From assembly GCA_034408725.1 (NCBI GenBank), contig JAWXCN010000098.1, forward strand, positions 19,783 to 83,782: a stretch of 64,000 nt of DNA, in the 5' to 3' direction. Positions 19,634 through 29,663 of this stretch are shown piece after piece (the stretch's first letter is position 1; each line of letters begins with the position of its first letter). The position numbers were made by a program, and so were the translations under genes. The DNA is from Candidatus Hydrogenedentota bacterium. Its GTDB lineage: Bacteria; Hydrogenedentota; Hydrogenedentia; Hydrogenedentales; SLHB01. The notes under the pieces are model-generated. The model was given only the letters and a program-made list of their open reading frames with translations. It did not search any database and was not told the origin of the DNA.

Positions 19634-19693
19634 CAATTCGATATACTCCGTCCCAAATCCATTGAACTTTGACCAGACGAGGGAGAATATTTC

Positions 19694-20644
19694 ATGGCTT
19701 CGGGTAAGCGGCACAAAATTGCATGCATCGGTTCCGGCAACGTGGGCGCAGCCTGCGCACAATATTGCCTGGACATGGAATTGGGCGACGTCATCCTGAC
19801 GGACGTCGTAGAAGGCGTACCGCAGGGCAAGGCCCTCGACCTCACCGAAGCCGGCCCGGTGCGCGGATACAGTTGCGTCGCCACCGGCACGAACGACTAC
19901 AAAGACATCGCCGGCGCCGACGTGTGCGTCGTTACCGCCGGCCTCGCGCGCAAACCCGGCATGACCCGGCTCGATCTCCTCGAAAAAAACGGCAACATCA
20001 TCACCGAGGTATGCGAGAACCTCAAGAAACACGCACCCGATGCCGTCGTCATTATCGTCACAAACCCACTCGACGTGATGGCCTACGTCGCCTACAAAAA
20101 ACTCGGGTTTCCCCCCAGCCGCGTCATCGGCATGGCCGGCATCCTCGACAGTTCGCGCATGCGCGCATTCGTCGCGATGGAACTTGGGTGCAGCATGAAA
20201 AACGTCGATACAATGGTGCTAGGCTCCCACGGCGACGACATGGTTCCCTTGCCCGAGTACACCACCGTCTCCGGCATTCCAATTACAAAGCTCCTGTCAA
20301 AGGAACGCGTAGATGCAATCGTAGACCGCACGCGCAAGGGCGGCGCGGAAATCGTCGCTCTGCTGAAGACGGGCAGCGCATACTACGCTCCCGGAGCCAG
20401 CGCCGCGCGCATGGTCGAATCCATCATCCGCGACGAGAAACAGATTCTCCCCTGCGCCGCATACCTCGATGGCCTCTACGGTCTCAAGGACGTGTACGCG
20501 GGCGTGCCGTGCAAACTGGGCAAAAACGGCGTGGAAGACATTATCGAACTCGAACTGACCGCCGAACAGAAGACCGCGCTCCACAAGTCGTCGGATGAAG
20601 TGCGTAGCGGCATCGAAGGTCTGAAACAGGTCGGCATCCTCTAA
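19694..20644 (+). CDS. mdh: Malate dehydrogenase (LDH-like)
   Basis: GSGNVG, GKALDL, TAGLARKPGMTRLDL (Arg specificity residue), VTNPLD, HGDDMVP. Confidence 0.96.
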   Translation: MASGKRHKIACIGSGNVGAACAQYCLDMELGDVILTDVVEGVPQGKALDLTEAGPVRGYSCVATGTNDYKDIAGADVCVVTAGLARKPGMTRLDLLEKNGNIITEVCENLKKHAPDAVVIIVTNPLDVMAYVAYKKLGFPPSRVIGMAGILDSSRMRAFVAMELGCSMKNVDTMVLGSHGDDMVPLPEYTTVSGIPITKLLSKERVDAIVDRTRKGGAEIVALLKTGSAYYAPGASAARMVESIIRDEKQILPCAAYLDGLYGLKDVYAGVPCKLGKNGVEDIIELELTAEQKTALHKSSDEVRSGIEGLKQVGIL

Positions 20645-20667
20645 TGCGCCCAGGAAGGAACAGCTAC

Positions 20668-21495
20668 ATGCGACATGCGCTGATGACGATCGCGTTGTGC
20701 GCCGCGAGCGCCGTTGCGCAACAGACCACGACGGAAGCAGTCTCGGAGGCCGTCACCGATACCGCGATCAGCGCTCGCATCGAAACGCTGTTCGCGATTA
20801 ATGAATCCCTCAGCCCCTTCAACATCAACACAACCACCATCGGCGGCGTCGTGACGCTCACCGGCAGCGTCGGCGACGAAATCGCCAAAGACCTCGCTAC
20901 AAGTCTCGCGAAGACCGTTGACGGCGTGAAAGAGGTGGACAACCAACTTACCGTCGTCGATGATCCCATTCCACCCAGACCCCAGAAAACCTGGCGTGAA
21001 CGGATCAACGATGCCTCGCTCGCTGCCGCGATACGTTCAAACCTCGTGTATAACAAGGAATTCAAGGGCTTCAAAATCGGCGTTGATTGCGATGGTGGGG
21101 ACGCAACCATCTACGGTGTCGTCGGCAACGAATTTTCCAGAGACCGCATCGGACAGATTGTCATGGACACGCGCGGCGTCGAGAAAGTTACCAACAACCT
21201 TACAGTCCACGCGAGCCCATCCACGAATCCCATCAACACAGTCACTCGCGAAGTGACCGACGAAGTCGTCGAAAAACGCGTGCAGGCCTCCATCGCGCTG
21301 AATCGCTACGTCTCAATTCGCGGGCTCAACGTAAAAGTGGACGACGGCGTCTGCATCCTCACTGGATTTGTCGAAACCGCCAAGCAACGCGAACTCGCCG
21401 AAAGCATCGCGGCGAACATCGCCGGCGTTGTGCGCGTGCAAAATGATCTCAAGCTCTACGAACCACCGCCGCTCTTACCACCGCCTCAACCTTAA
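20668..21495 (+). CDS. Periplasmic protein with three BON domains
   Basis: Signal peptide; three D..I...I.V...G.V.L.G.V...GV..V.N.L repeats. Confidence 0.9.
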   Translation: MRHALMTIALCAASAVAQQTTTEAVSEAVTDTAISARIETLFAINESLSPFNINTTTIGGVVTLTGSVGDEIAKDLATSLAKTVDGVKEVDNQLTVVDDPIPPRPQKTWRERINDASLAAAIRSNLVYNKEFKGFKIGVDCDGGDATIYGVVGNEFSRDRIGQIVMDTRGVEKVTNNLTVHASPSTNPINTVTREVTDEVVEKRVQASIALNRYVSIRGLNVKVDDGVCILTGFVETAKQRELAESIAANIAGVVRVQNDLKLYEPPPLLPPPQP

Positions 21496-21632
21496 AGCTT
21501 GGCAAACTTGAACAAACAACGAGCGATACGAACCTCGGACCGATCCGGACATAGTCATTTGAAAGGGTAATGCAAGGTGTTTCTAGTTGGATTTCTGTCC
21601 ACTAAGTCCATTTCGTCCACGTCTGTCTAACC

Positions 21633-22916
21633 ATGCCCATACTAACCGTCGTCATGATCATGCGCGATGAAGCCGATTGGCTTCCCGCATGCCTCGAAAG
21701 CGTCCGTGCGATCGCCGATAACATCGTCATCGGCGACACAGGTTCCACCGACACATCGATTGCAATCGCACAACGCTACGGCGTGAAAGTCGTCCCCGTC
21801 CCCTGGACCAACGATTTCGCCGCCGCGCGGAATTCCGTGCTGGCCGAGGCGCATGGCGATTGGCTCCTGCACATGGATGCCGACGAAAATCTCGAACTTC
21901 ACGGTGCCGCAACCATCCGCGCATTGATAGATGACGACGGCCGCGGCGCGGATGCAATCGAAGTGACGCTCGGCAACTACTGCGACGACGTGCGCGCATG
22001 GCGCTGGGTCGCCTGCGCGACAGACGATCCCAATGCGCGCGGACGCACCGGGTACATCGCCGTGCCGCTCTTGCGCCTGTTCCGGAACCATTGCGGCTAT
22101 CACTACCGCGAACCCGTCCATGAGAACATCACCGAAAGCGTCATGGAATCCGGCGGCGTCATCGGACAAGCGCACGACATCCTCATTCATCATCACGGAT
22201 TTGGAAAAGGCGGCCCTGAAAAAGCCGCGCGCTATCTCGATATCGCGCGACAAAAGGTCGCATTGCGCCCAGACGACGCAAAAGCGTGGCATGACCTCGC
22301 CGAACAACTGGTCTCAATGGACCGCGCCGGGCAAGCGCGGGAGGCTGCGCAACGAGCTTTGCAATGCGACGCGCATCACATCGCAGCAGCAACGACCTTG
22401 GCCAATATCATGCTCAACAATGGCGAACTCGACCCCGCGCGAAAATTTCTCGAACCCTTCGCCGAGACTCCGAACGCACCGCCGCACGTGTTGATCGCGC
22501 TATGCGCCATAGCATGCAAAGAAGGCCGCATCGAAGATGCGCGCCTACTCTCGGATCGCGCAATCGGCATCGCGCCAAATAATGTTCTCGCGCGCCTTAC
22601 CGCGGCCCGAGCATGCGATCTGCTCGGGAACTTTCAGGATTCACGCGCCCACCTCGACAGGGCCCGCAAAATTGCGCCGGCTGTGGAAGAAATTATCGTG
22701 CGTTGTGAAGCGCACCAACTGCGCGCGGAAGCGAAGCCGCTGCTCACTGAAAACCCAAAGCGCGCACTTGCAACGCTTGTAGCGGCACTCAAACTTGATC
22801 CAGAAGATCCCCTCATCCATGCGCACATCGCCGAAGTGCTGGAAGCCTTGGGCGATCCCATTCGCGCCTGCCAGTCACGCGAACGCGCCTTCGCGCTTGC
22901 CCCGCGATTTCAATAA
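21633..22916 (+). CDS. Glycosyltransferase family 2 with TPR repeats
   Basis: MIMRDEA, DTGSTD, DFAAARN, MDADE, PVHE; TPR-like C-terminus; paralog of 17114-18523. Confidence 0.9.
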   Translation: MPILTVVMIMRDEADWLPACLESVRAIADNIVIGDTGSTDTSIAIAQRYGVKVVPVPWTNDFAAARNSVLAEAHGDWLLHMDADENLELHGAATIRALIDDDGRGADAIEVTLGNYCDDVRAWRWVACATDDPNARGRTGYIAVPLLRLFRNHCGYHYREPVHENITESVMESGGVIGQAHDILIHHHGFGKGGPEKAARYLDIARQKVALRPDDAKAWHDLAEQLVSMDRAGQAREAAQRALQCDAHHIAAATTLANIMLNNGELDPARKFLEPFAETPNAPPHVLIALCAIACKEGRIEDARLLSDRAIGIAPNNVLARLTAARACDLLGNFQDSRAHLDRARKIAPAVEEIIVRCEAHQLRAEAKPLLTENPKRALATLVAALKLDPEDPLIHAHIAEVLEALGDPIRACQSRERAFALAPRFQ

Positions 22917-22941
22917 CGGACAAAGCCGCTGGGCAATCCCT

Positions 22942-22968
22942 GGAGGGCGGGTTTTCCAACCCGCCATT
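22942..22968. repeat. REP-like family C copy
   Basis: GGAGGGCGGGTTTTCCAACCCGCCATT between convergent genes. Confidence 0.75.
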
Positions 22969-23002
22969 TTCTTGATATTTCATGCCCGCCCTATCGGAAA
23001 CA

Positions 23003-24319
23003 TTACGGCGTGAGAATATATCCCGTCTCACCGTGGTCGCATTGGTCGAGTCCCATCATTTCATGTTCTGAATTCGGCCGCAGACCAATCGTCGCGCGAA
23101 GTACTCCGAGAATCACCACCGACACCACCGCGCACCATGCGCCGCAGGCAACGGCGGCGAATATTTGCGTCTGGAGCTGGGCCGCGATATCGAGATTCGC
23201 CATCGTTCCACCGAAACGGTCAGAAGCAAATACGCTCAACAAAATCGTTCCCACGATTCCACCCACGCCATGCACACCCACAACGTCCAGCGAATCGTCG
23301 TACCCAAATCGCCGCTTAATCGTGGTTGCGCCAAGGTAACAGCAAATGCCTGACACAAGACCAATGATCACTGCGCCGCCCGGGCCCACCGATCCCGCCG
23401 CGGGCGTAATCGCCGCGAGACCCGCAATCGCGCCGGTAGCAAAACCAAGCGCGCTGGGCTTTCCAATCCGGACCCATTCGATCATCATCCACGTCAACGC
23501 CGCAACGCTCGGCGATATCTGCGTAACGACAATCGCCATGCCCGCCGTGCCGTTCGCCGCGAGCGCGCTGCCGCCGTTGAACCCAAACCATCCGACCCAC
23601 AACATCGCGGTGCCCGTCAATGTCATCGTCATGTTGTGCGGCGGCATCGGCGATGTCGGGTACCCCCTGCGTTTGCCCACCATGATCGCCGCCACAAGCG
23701 CCGACACGCCCGCGGTAATGTGTACAACGATCCCGCCCGCGAAATCGATCACCTTTTTGTCGTAAAAGTACGCGCCTTCACCGCCCCACACCATATGCGC
23801 AACAGGAAGGTATCCAAAAATGACCCACAACGCCGAAAAAATGATCATCGCCGAAAATTTCATGCGCTCCGCGAACGCGCCGACGATCAGTCCCGGCGTA
23901 ATGATCGCGAAGGTTAGCTGGAAAATGAAAAACACCGGCTCGGGAATCGTGCCCCACGCGCTATCCGCGGTCACGCCCTGCATGAACACTTTCGACATCG
24001 GCCCGATGAACGCGCGAATGCCGCCGCCTTCGGCCGATCCGAACGCCAGGCTATATCCAAACGCAACCCAGATAACCGTGACAATCGCGGCGATGACAAA
24101 GCACTGCATGTACACCGACAACACGTTCTTTACGCGCACCAGCCCACCGTAGAACATCGCGAGGCCGGGAATCATCATGAACAACACCAGCGCGGACGCC
24201 GTCAATATCCACGCCGTATCGCCCGCGCTAATTTCCTGTGCATGCGCGCGCTGAGCCAGGAAAAGCCCACCCGCGAACATCGCACACCATCGACCCAATC
24301 TCCAACCGCCTGCACGCAT
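23003..24319 (-). CDS. amt: Ammonium transporter
   Basis: PGLAMFYGG, DFAGGIVVH, WVGWFGFNGGS, DDSLDVVGVHG. Confidence 0.96.
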   Translation of the reverse strand: MRAGGWRLGRWCAMFAGGLFLAQRAHAQEISAGDTAWILTASALVLFMMIPGLAMFYGGLVRVKNVLSVYMQCFVIAAIVTVIWVAFGYSLAFGSAEGGGIRAFIGPMSKVFMQGVTADSAWGTIPEPVFFIFQLTFAIITPGLIVGAFAERMKFSAMIIFSALWVIFGYLPVAHMVWGGEGAYFYDKKVIDFAGGIVVHITAGVSALVAAIMVGKRRGYPTSPMPPHNMTMTLTGTAMLWVGWFGFNGGSALAANGTAGMAIVVTQISPSVAALTWMMIEWVRIGKPSALGFATGAIAGLAAITPAAGSVGPGGAVIIGLVSGICCYLGATTIKRRFGYDDSLDVVGVHGVGGIVGTILLSVFASDRFGGTMANLDIAAQLQTQIFAAVACGAWCAVVSVVILGVLRATIGLRPNSEHEMMGLDQCDHGETGYILTP

Positions 24320-24457
24320 GACGCACCCTCCCTCTGGTTACTTCATACCCTGGTTCCCGTTGACACGCGAAAAGACAGAATGCCCGCTGTCCAATCGCGA
24401 CCCGGCGCCAACAGGAATTTCCCCCTACACGAAACCGCACGATAGTAGCAAAGCAAA

Positions 24458-24507
24458 CCGGGGACTGTCACCGTCAGCGCGTTCTGGCTGACGGTGACAG
24501 TCCCCGG
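24458..24507. repeat. REP-like family A palindrome
   Basis: Perfect 21-bp stem CCGGGGACTGTCACCGTCAGC / GCTGACGGTGACAGTCCCCGG; relatives at 29590-29635 and 30890-30935. Confidence 0.85.
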
Positions 24508-24595
24508 CCCCGAATCACGTACCCACGCCTTGCATAGATTGACAAGCAGGAAGAAATGGGAAGGACGCCGCGGAATGCACGGCGTATGGAATGGC

Positions 24596-25945
24596 CTACA
24601 CCTCGCTAAGGTAATTCAGCTTTCCCGTGCTGTCCCCGAAATTATCGGTGGGAACGCCAACATGCTCGAGCATGTTCAAATACAGGTTGGCCATCGGTGT
24701 GTCGGAGGCATACTTGACATGGCGACCGGTCTTGACAGCGCCGCCGGCGTTTCCGGCAAGCACTATCGGCAGGTCATTGTGATTGTGTCGATTCCCATCA
24801 CCAATGCCGCTGCCATATATGATCATAGAATGATCGAGCAACGTGCCGTCGCCATCTTCGGTCGCTTTCATGCGGTCGATGAAATATGCGAACTGTTCCA
24901 TGTGGTACCGGTTGATCTTGCGGATGTCCGCGATCTTTTCTTCATCGCCCTGGTGGTGGCTGATGCCGTGATGCCCACCGGTCACGCCAACCTCCCGATA
25001 CGCGCGGTTGCTGCCTTCCCCCGCCATCATGAACGTGGAAACGCGGGTCTGATCCGTCTGGAACGCGAGCACCTGCAAATCGAACATCAGCCGCGCATAT
25101 TCCGCATAGTCCTTCGGCGCGCTCTCGGGGACTTCCAGATCGATGCCCTCGCCGTATGCGAGTTTTTCGTTGGATTCGATGCGCCGTTCAATCATGCGGA
25201 CCGCATAAAGATATTCATCCAGTTTGCGCCGGTCCGTCGGACCAAGCGAAACCTGCAACCGCTTCGTATCTTCCAATACAAAATCCAGGATGCTGCCGCG
25301 ATACTTCATGCGTTTTTCGCGCGCAGCCAAATCCAGCGATTCCTCGGAGCGTCCAAACAACCGGTTGAACACTGCGCGCGGGTTCCCTTCAGGTGGGTTC
25401 GGCGTCGTTGCCGTCCGCCACGAAATGCTGTTGGAATACGCGCAGCTATATCCGGTATCGCAATTCCCCGCGAGTTTGCCGGGTTCGCAGGTAAGTTCGA
25501 GTGAGGCGTATGGCGTGAATTGCCCAAGGTGTTGCGCGGCGATCTGATCAATCGAAATGCCCGCGCGAATATCCGCGCCGTCGGTTTTATTCGGATGCAC
25601 GCCTGTTAAAAATACCGCTGACGCGCGCGCATGATCGCCGCCGCCATCGCCTAGCGCTTTTGCATTGTGATGGCTCAGACCGGACAGCACCATCATCTGG
25701 TCGCGATGGGGCTGGAGCGGTTCGAGAATATGCGGCAGCGCGAAATCCTTGCCCTCCGCCGCGGGCGTCCAGTCTTCCACAATGACACCGTTGGGAATGT
25801 ATACAAACGCCATCCGCACCGGCGACGCCGCAGGCTTGGGCGTTGCGGCCGCCATCGCGTCAAGCATCGGCAGCGCCATCGTCGCGCCAATGCCGCGCAG
25901 GAAGGTCCTACGATCCAACTTCTTCTGTTGCAGTATCGTCATCAT
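24596..25945 (-). CDS. DUF1552 family protein with Tat-like signal
   Basis: LDRRTFLRGIGATMALPMLDAM, YIPNG, SIDQIAA, CDTGYSCAY, HHGISHH. Confidence 0.9.
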   Translation of the reverse strand: MMTILQQKKLDRRTFLRGIGATMALPMLDAMAAATPKPAASPVRMAFVYIPNGVIVEDWTPAAEGKDFALPHILEPLQPHRDQMMVLSGLSHHNAKALGDGGGDHARASAVFLTGVHPNKTDGADIRAGISIDQIAAQHLGQFTPYASLELTCEPGKLAGNCDTGYSCAYSNSISWRTATTPNPPEGNPRAVFNRLFGRSEESLDLAAREKRMKYRGSILDFVLEDTKRLQVSLGPTDRRKLDEYLYAVRMIERRIESNEKLAYGEGIDLEVPESAPKDYAEYARLMFDLQVLAFQTDQTRVSTFMMAGEGSNRAYREVGVTGGHHGISHHQGDEEKIADIRKINRYHMEQFAYFIDRMKATEDGDGTLLDHSMIIYGSGIGDGNRHNHNDLPIVLAGNAGGAVKTGRHVKYASDTPMANLYLNMLEHVGVPTDNFGDSTGKLNYLSEV

Positions 25946-27899
25946 GTTTCTCGACTTCGCCTCTCCGTTTCTGAAACGGCAAACTGTTCGCAATCTCGTA
26001 CACAAGCGACGAAAACCGGTACTCGCTTTCCGCGACCTTTCCGGTGATCTCCTCGACCACCGGCGCGTCGTAAGGCTCAAGCCCTCTGCCTAGTCCGTAG
26101 ATTAACATTTTCTCCGCGAGACAGCGAGTAAAATCATTCTTGCGCTCCAGCAGCGTCGCCTTCAATTCCGCGACCCCCGCAAACGACCGGCCATCGGGTA
26201 ATACTCCCGTATTATCAATGGGTTGCGAGCCTTCCATCGTTCGCCACGCGCCAATCGCGTCGAAATTTTCCAGCCCAAATCCCAACGGATCGATACGAGC
26301 ATGGCACGACGCGCAACTCTCGTTTTCACGGTGCGCCTCAAGCCGTTGCCGCATCGGCGCCGACTGATCGATCTTCGCCAACTCCAGATCGGGTACGTCC
26401 GGTGGCGGTGGCGGTGGAGGCGCCGCCAGGATATTTTGTAATACCCACACGCCGCGCAACACGGGCGACGTGCGCGTAGGATACGATGTCACCGTCAGCA
26501 CGCTCGCCTGGGTGAGCACTCCGCCACGTTGCGCGCGATCGACTGTGACGCGCTGGAACGCGTCTCCGGAAATCCCGTCAATCCCATAGTGCTTCGCCAG
26601 CGCCTCATTCACAAACGTGTAGTCTGCATCAATGAAATCGAGGATGCTGCGGTCTTCCTGCACGACGGAATGAAAGAACAGCTTCGTTTCTTCCGCCATC
26701 GCGGCGCGCAGCGCATCGTTGAACGAAGGAAACAACTCCGGATCCGGGTCCGCAGTCGTCATGTTGCGGAACTGAAGCCATTGCCCCGCAAAATGCTCCG
26801 CCAACGCAATCGATTTGGGATCGCGCAACATCCGATCAATTTCTCCTCGCAACACACCCGGATTGCGCAACCGTCCGGACTGCGCGGCATCGAGCAATGC
26901 GTCGTCGGGCATGCTGCTCCAGAGGAAATACGACAGGCGCGACGCCAAAGCGTAGCTGTCCACACGGCGATCGGGATTGCCAAACCGGCCGCGCTCGTTC
27001 GCTTCCACACGAAACAGGAACTGCGGCGACACGAGCATCGCCTGCAACGCAAGCTCGATCCCCTGCTCGAAGTTGTCGTCGTTCTCTCTCGCGAGTTGCA
27101 CAAATCCGATCAAGCGATTTATCTCGCCGCGCGTCGGGGGACGCCGGTACGCTTGCCGCGCCAATGGCGCCAGAATCCGCCTCGCGCATGCATCCGAATG
27201 TTCTTTACCCTCGTGGGTACACGAAAAAATGTACCGTTTCGCAGCCGCATCCTCCGGTTCGGCGACTTCACGCGCCACCGCGTCGCGCGCAATTCGTTCA
27301 GCCGCGGTCAGGTACTTTTCCATCAGCAGCGGCGACAAAGAAAGGACGCTCCCAATCGTATCGAACCCGTAACCGCTGTCGTCAGGCGGGAAATCGTCCG
27401 CGGGCCGGAAATCCACGCCCAACAGATCGCGTACGGTGTTGTTGTACTCCGCCCGGTTCAGCCGCCGAACCGTCACCCGTCCCGCGTGCGGCTCCACCGT
27501 CGCAAGCCGCGCCCGCTGCTGTTCATCGAGAAAGTCCACCAAGGTGGTAATTTCATCCGCCGTGGGTTGCGTCTGCTTCTTCGGCGGCATCTGCCCCGAC
27601 CGCACCATCTCCACGACCCTGCCCCACAGCTCCCCCTGCTCCAGCGCAACTTCCGTCGATGCGAACGATTCGAGATCGACGTCGCCCCGCATCCGGTCCG
27701 CATTGTGACACTTCACGCAATACTCGGATAAAAACGGCGTCACCGTCGATTCAAACGCCGCCACCGCCTCCGGCGTAACCTCCGCCGATTCACCCGATCC
27801 AGCAACCGTCTCGCAACCGCTCAAAAACAATGCCCCAGCTCCCAACGGCAAATACACCGCCAGAAACCGAAGCGTTGATATCACTTTAATTCGATGCAT
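25908..27899 (-). CDS. DUF1592-type multidomain protein (planctomycete cytochrome c + DUF1587/1595/1592/1588/1585)
   Basis: CVKCH and CASCH motifs, RRLNRAEYNNTVRDL, LASRLSYFLWSSMPD, TSPVLRG, FDAIG. Confidence 0.9.
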   Translation of the reverse strand: MHRIKVISTLRFLAVYLPLGAGALFLSGCETVAGSGESAEVTPEAVAAFESTVTPFLSEYCVKCHNADRMRGDVDLESFASTEVALEQGELWGRVVEMVRSGQMPPKKQTQPTADEITTLVDFLDEQQRARLATVEPHAGRVTVRRLNRAEYNNTVRDLLGVDFRPADDFPPDDSGYGFDTIGSVLSLSPLLMEKYLTAAERIARDAVAREVAEPEDAAAKRYIFSCTHEGKEHSDACARRILAPLARQAYRRPPTRGEINRLIGFVQLARENDDNFEQGIELALQAMLVSPQFLFRVEANERGRFGNPDRRVDSYALASRLSYFLWSSMPDDALLDAAQSGRLRNPGVLRGEIDRMLRDPKSIALAEHFAGQWLQFRNMTTADPDPELFPSFNDALRAAMAEETKLFFHSVVQEDRSILDFIDADYTFVNEALAKHYGIDGISGDAFQRVTVDRAQRGGVLTQASVLTVTSYPTRTSPVLRGVWVLQNILAAPPPPPPPDVPDLELAKIDQSAPMRQRLEAHRENESCASCHARIDPLGFGLENFDAIGAWRTMEGSQPIDNTGVLPDGRSFAGVAELKATLLERKNDFTRCLAEKMLIYGLGRGLEPYDAPVVEEITGKVAESEYRFSSLVYEIANSLPFQKRRGEVEKHDDDTATEEVGS

Positions 27900-28058
27900 A
27901 CTGCTCTGAAACCAGGTTACAAGACTTTCGTAAAGGTACCATTCCAGCCCTGCGCGCGACAAAACCGTTGCACTTCGCTGCCTCAACCGCTTCCGTATCA
28001 ATTGACCTAATCACGCTGCCCGGCTAACATGTACGTAACCCAAAAGGTAAACCGGCCC

Positions 28059-28397
28059 ATGAGCACACAAACATTCCTACACTTCAAACCCTACCGGGCC
28101 AAATCCCTGCAACTCTCTATTGCCGCGCCAATCGCTCTGATTTGGCTCGCGCTCGCGACATTATCCGTTGTTTGGTGGGCCGGTCTCATTATTGCCACCG
28201 GCCTCGGAACAGCCGGCGGACCCCACTGGACCAAACCCTATCTCATGGTTGTCTGCACACTCGCCATCGCCATGGCCGCGATGGAAGCTGTCTTCTTCCA
28301 CCGCGCTACCCAAGGCCGCTCGCGCCTGTGGCACCACTTCGCAATGTTCTCCGCCGCATTCGTCATAGTGGCCATGATAGCCATCGTCGGCGACTGA
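28059..28397 (+). CDS. Small hypothetical membrane protein
   Basis: Three hydrophobic segments; fills the intergenic gap; start uncertain (28029 or 28059). Confidence 0.55.
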   Translation: MSTQTFLHFKPYRAKSLQLSIAAPIALIWLALATLSVVWWAGLIIATGLGTAGGPHWTKPYLMVVCTLAIAMAAMEAVFFHRATQGRSRLWHHFAMFSAAFVIVAMIAIVGD

Positions 28398-28563
28398 TTT
28401 TCGACCTTGCTTCACGTATTTCCATTTTTCATCGAATCAAAATGCGAATCGTTCTTCATTTCGTCGGCTAAATGACCCTCGTCTCGCAAACTGCCCGTCA
28501 TATCCCGAATCCTCCGAGTGCAACACGCTGCCCTATTTGGTAAGGGATTTGTAACGTGATCGG

Positions 28564-29514
28564 CTATCGAACCGATCCCAGCGCAAACTCCTTCGCGTGC
28601 ACCAATCGCGTCAGCAGCGTATTTGTCGGACACGCGATCCCGTGTTGGTCCCCCAATCGCGCTATCGCGCCGTTGAGCGCATCGATTTCCGTGCGCCGAA
28701 GATTGATAAAATCCGCGCGCATGCTCGCGTAGTGCGCCGCCGTCGGCGGGATGAGGTCGTTGAAGAGATGCGGAATATACGCCTCCGGCGTCGCAGGATC
28801 CATTGGCACGTCCATGACCTTCGCGACCGCATAAAGTTCGTGCACGATCTCCCGCATCGTCTCGCGCGTGTGTTCCGTGTCGAGCAATGCGCCATACGGC
28901 ACGTCCAGCAGTGCCGACATCGGGTTCAACGCGCAGTTGTACGCAACCTTGTTCCACAAAACCGTGCGTATTCGGTCGGTATACACCGTCGGCATTCCCG
29001 CCGCGTGCATCGCCTCCGCGATCTCCCGCACGCGCGCGACCGGCGCGTCCGCGTGATACGCTCCAATAGCTGTCGGGTTCGCAATCACCGTCACATCAAC
29101 ATGTCCCGGCGCGCGCACCACGACCCCGTAAATCGCGCGCGCGCCGATGGTCCGCTCCCAACCAATCCGCGCCGCAATGGCCTCCGCATTGCCCAGCCCG
29201 TTCTGATACGAACATACCAGCGTATTGTCATCAACGAGCGGCGATATGAGGGCTGCTGTCGCCGCCGTGTCGTATGCCTTCACCGTGACGAGAATGAGAT
29301 TGAATTCGCCCCGGCGGAAACCTTCCCCAGACGTGCGGGTATCGATACCCGTAACATGATGTTTGCCCCAGATACCCGTAACGTGCAAACCGCCCGCGCG
29401 TATCGCCTCCATGTGCGCCGCACGTCCAATGAGCGACACGGCATGCCCATGCTCGGCCATGAACCCACCGACAACACTGCCAATCGCTCCCGCGCCGGCG
29501 ATAAGGATATTCAT
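28564..29514 (-). CDS. panE: 2-dehydropantoate 2-reductase (ApbA/PanE family)
   Basis: GAGAIG, VKAYD, QNGLG, WNKVAYNCALNP, SMRAD...RRTEIDALNG. Confidence 0.9.
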   Translation of the reverse strand: MNILIAGAGAIGSVVGGFMAEHGHAVSLIGRAAHMEAIRAGGLHVTGIWGKHHVTGIDTRTSGEGFRRGEFNLILVTVKAYDTAATAALISPLVDDNTLVCSYQNGLGNAEAIAARIGWERTIGARAIYGVVVRAPGHVDVTVIANPTAIGAYHADAPVARVREIAEAMHAAGMPTVYTDRIRTVLWNKVAYNCALNPMSALLDVPYGALLDTEHTRETMREIVHELYAVAKVMDVPMDPATPEAYIPHLFNDLIPPTAAHYASMRADFINLRRTEIDALNGAIARLGDQHGIACPTNTLLTRLVHAKEFALGSVR

Positions 29515-29546
29515 CGTATAAAAACCTTCCGCTCTTGCTCAGTACC

Positions 29547-29635
29547 AAATGGCGGGTTGGAAAAACCGCCCTCCGTTGGCGGTAGTATAGGGGACAGTCA
29601 CCGTCGGCGCGTTTTGGCCGATGGTGGCTGTCCCC
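29547..29635. repeat. Adjacent REP-like family C (29547-29575) and family A (29590-29635) copies
   Basis: Direct sequence match to other copies in the window. Confidence 0.8.
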
Positions 29636-29663
29636 GAACCACGTAAATGAAAGGCCCAAGTCC

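Noticed and set aside
24320..24455. Sigma54 promoter, riboswitch or glnK upstream of amt
   Set aside because: No correctly spaced GG-N10-GC consensus, recognisable aptamer or PII ORF found.
26529..27731. 400-aa plus-strand ORF (similarly 24494-25504, 28597-29646, 51917-52978)
   Set aside because: Antisense to well-supported genes.
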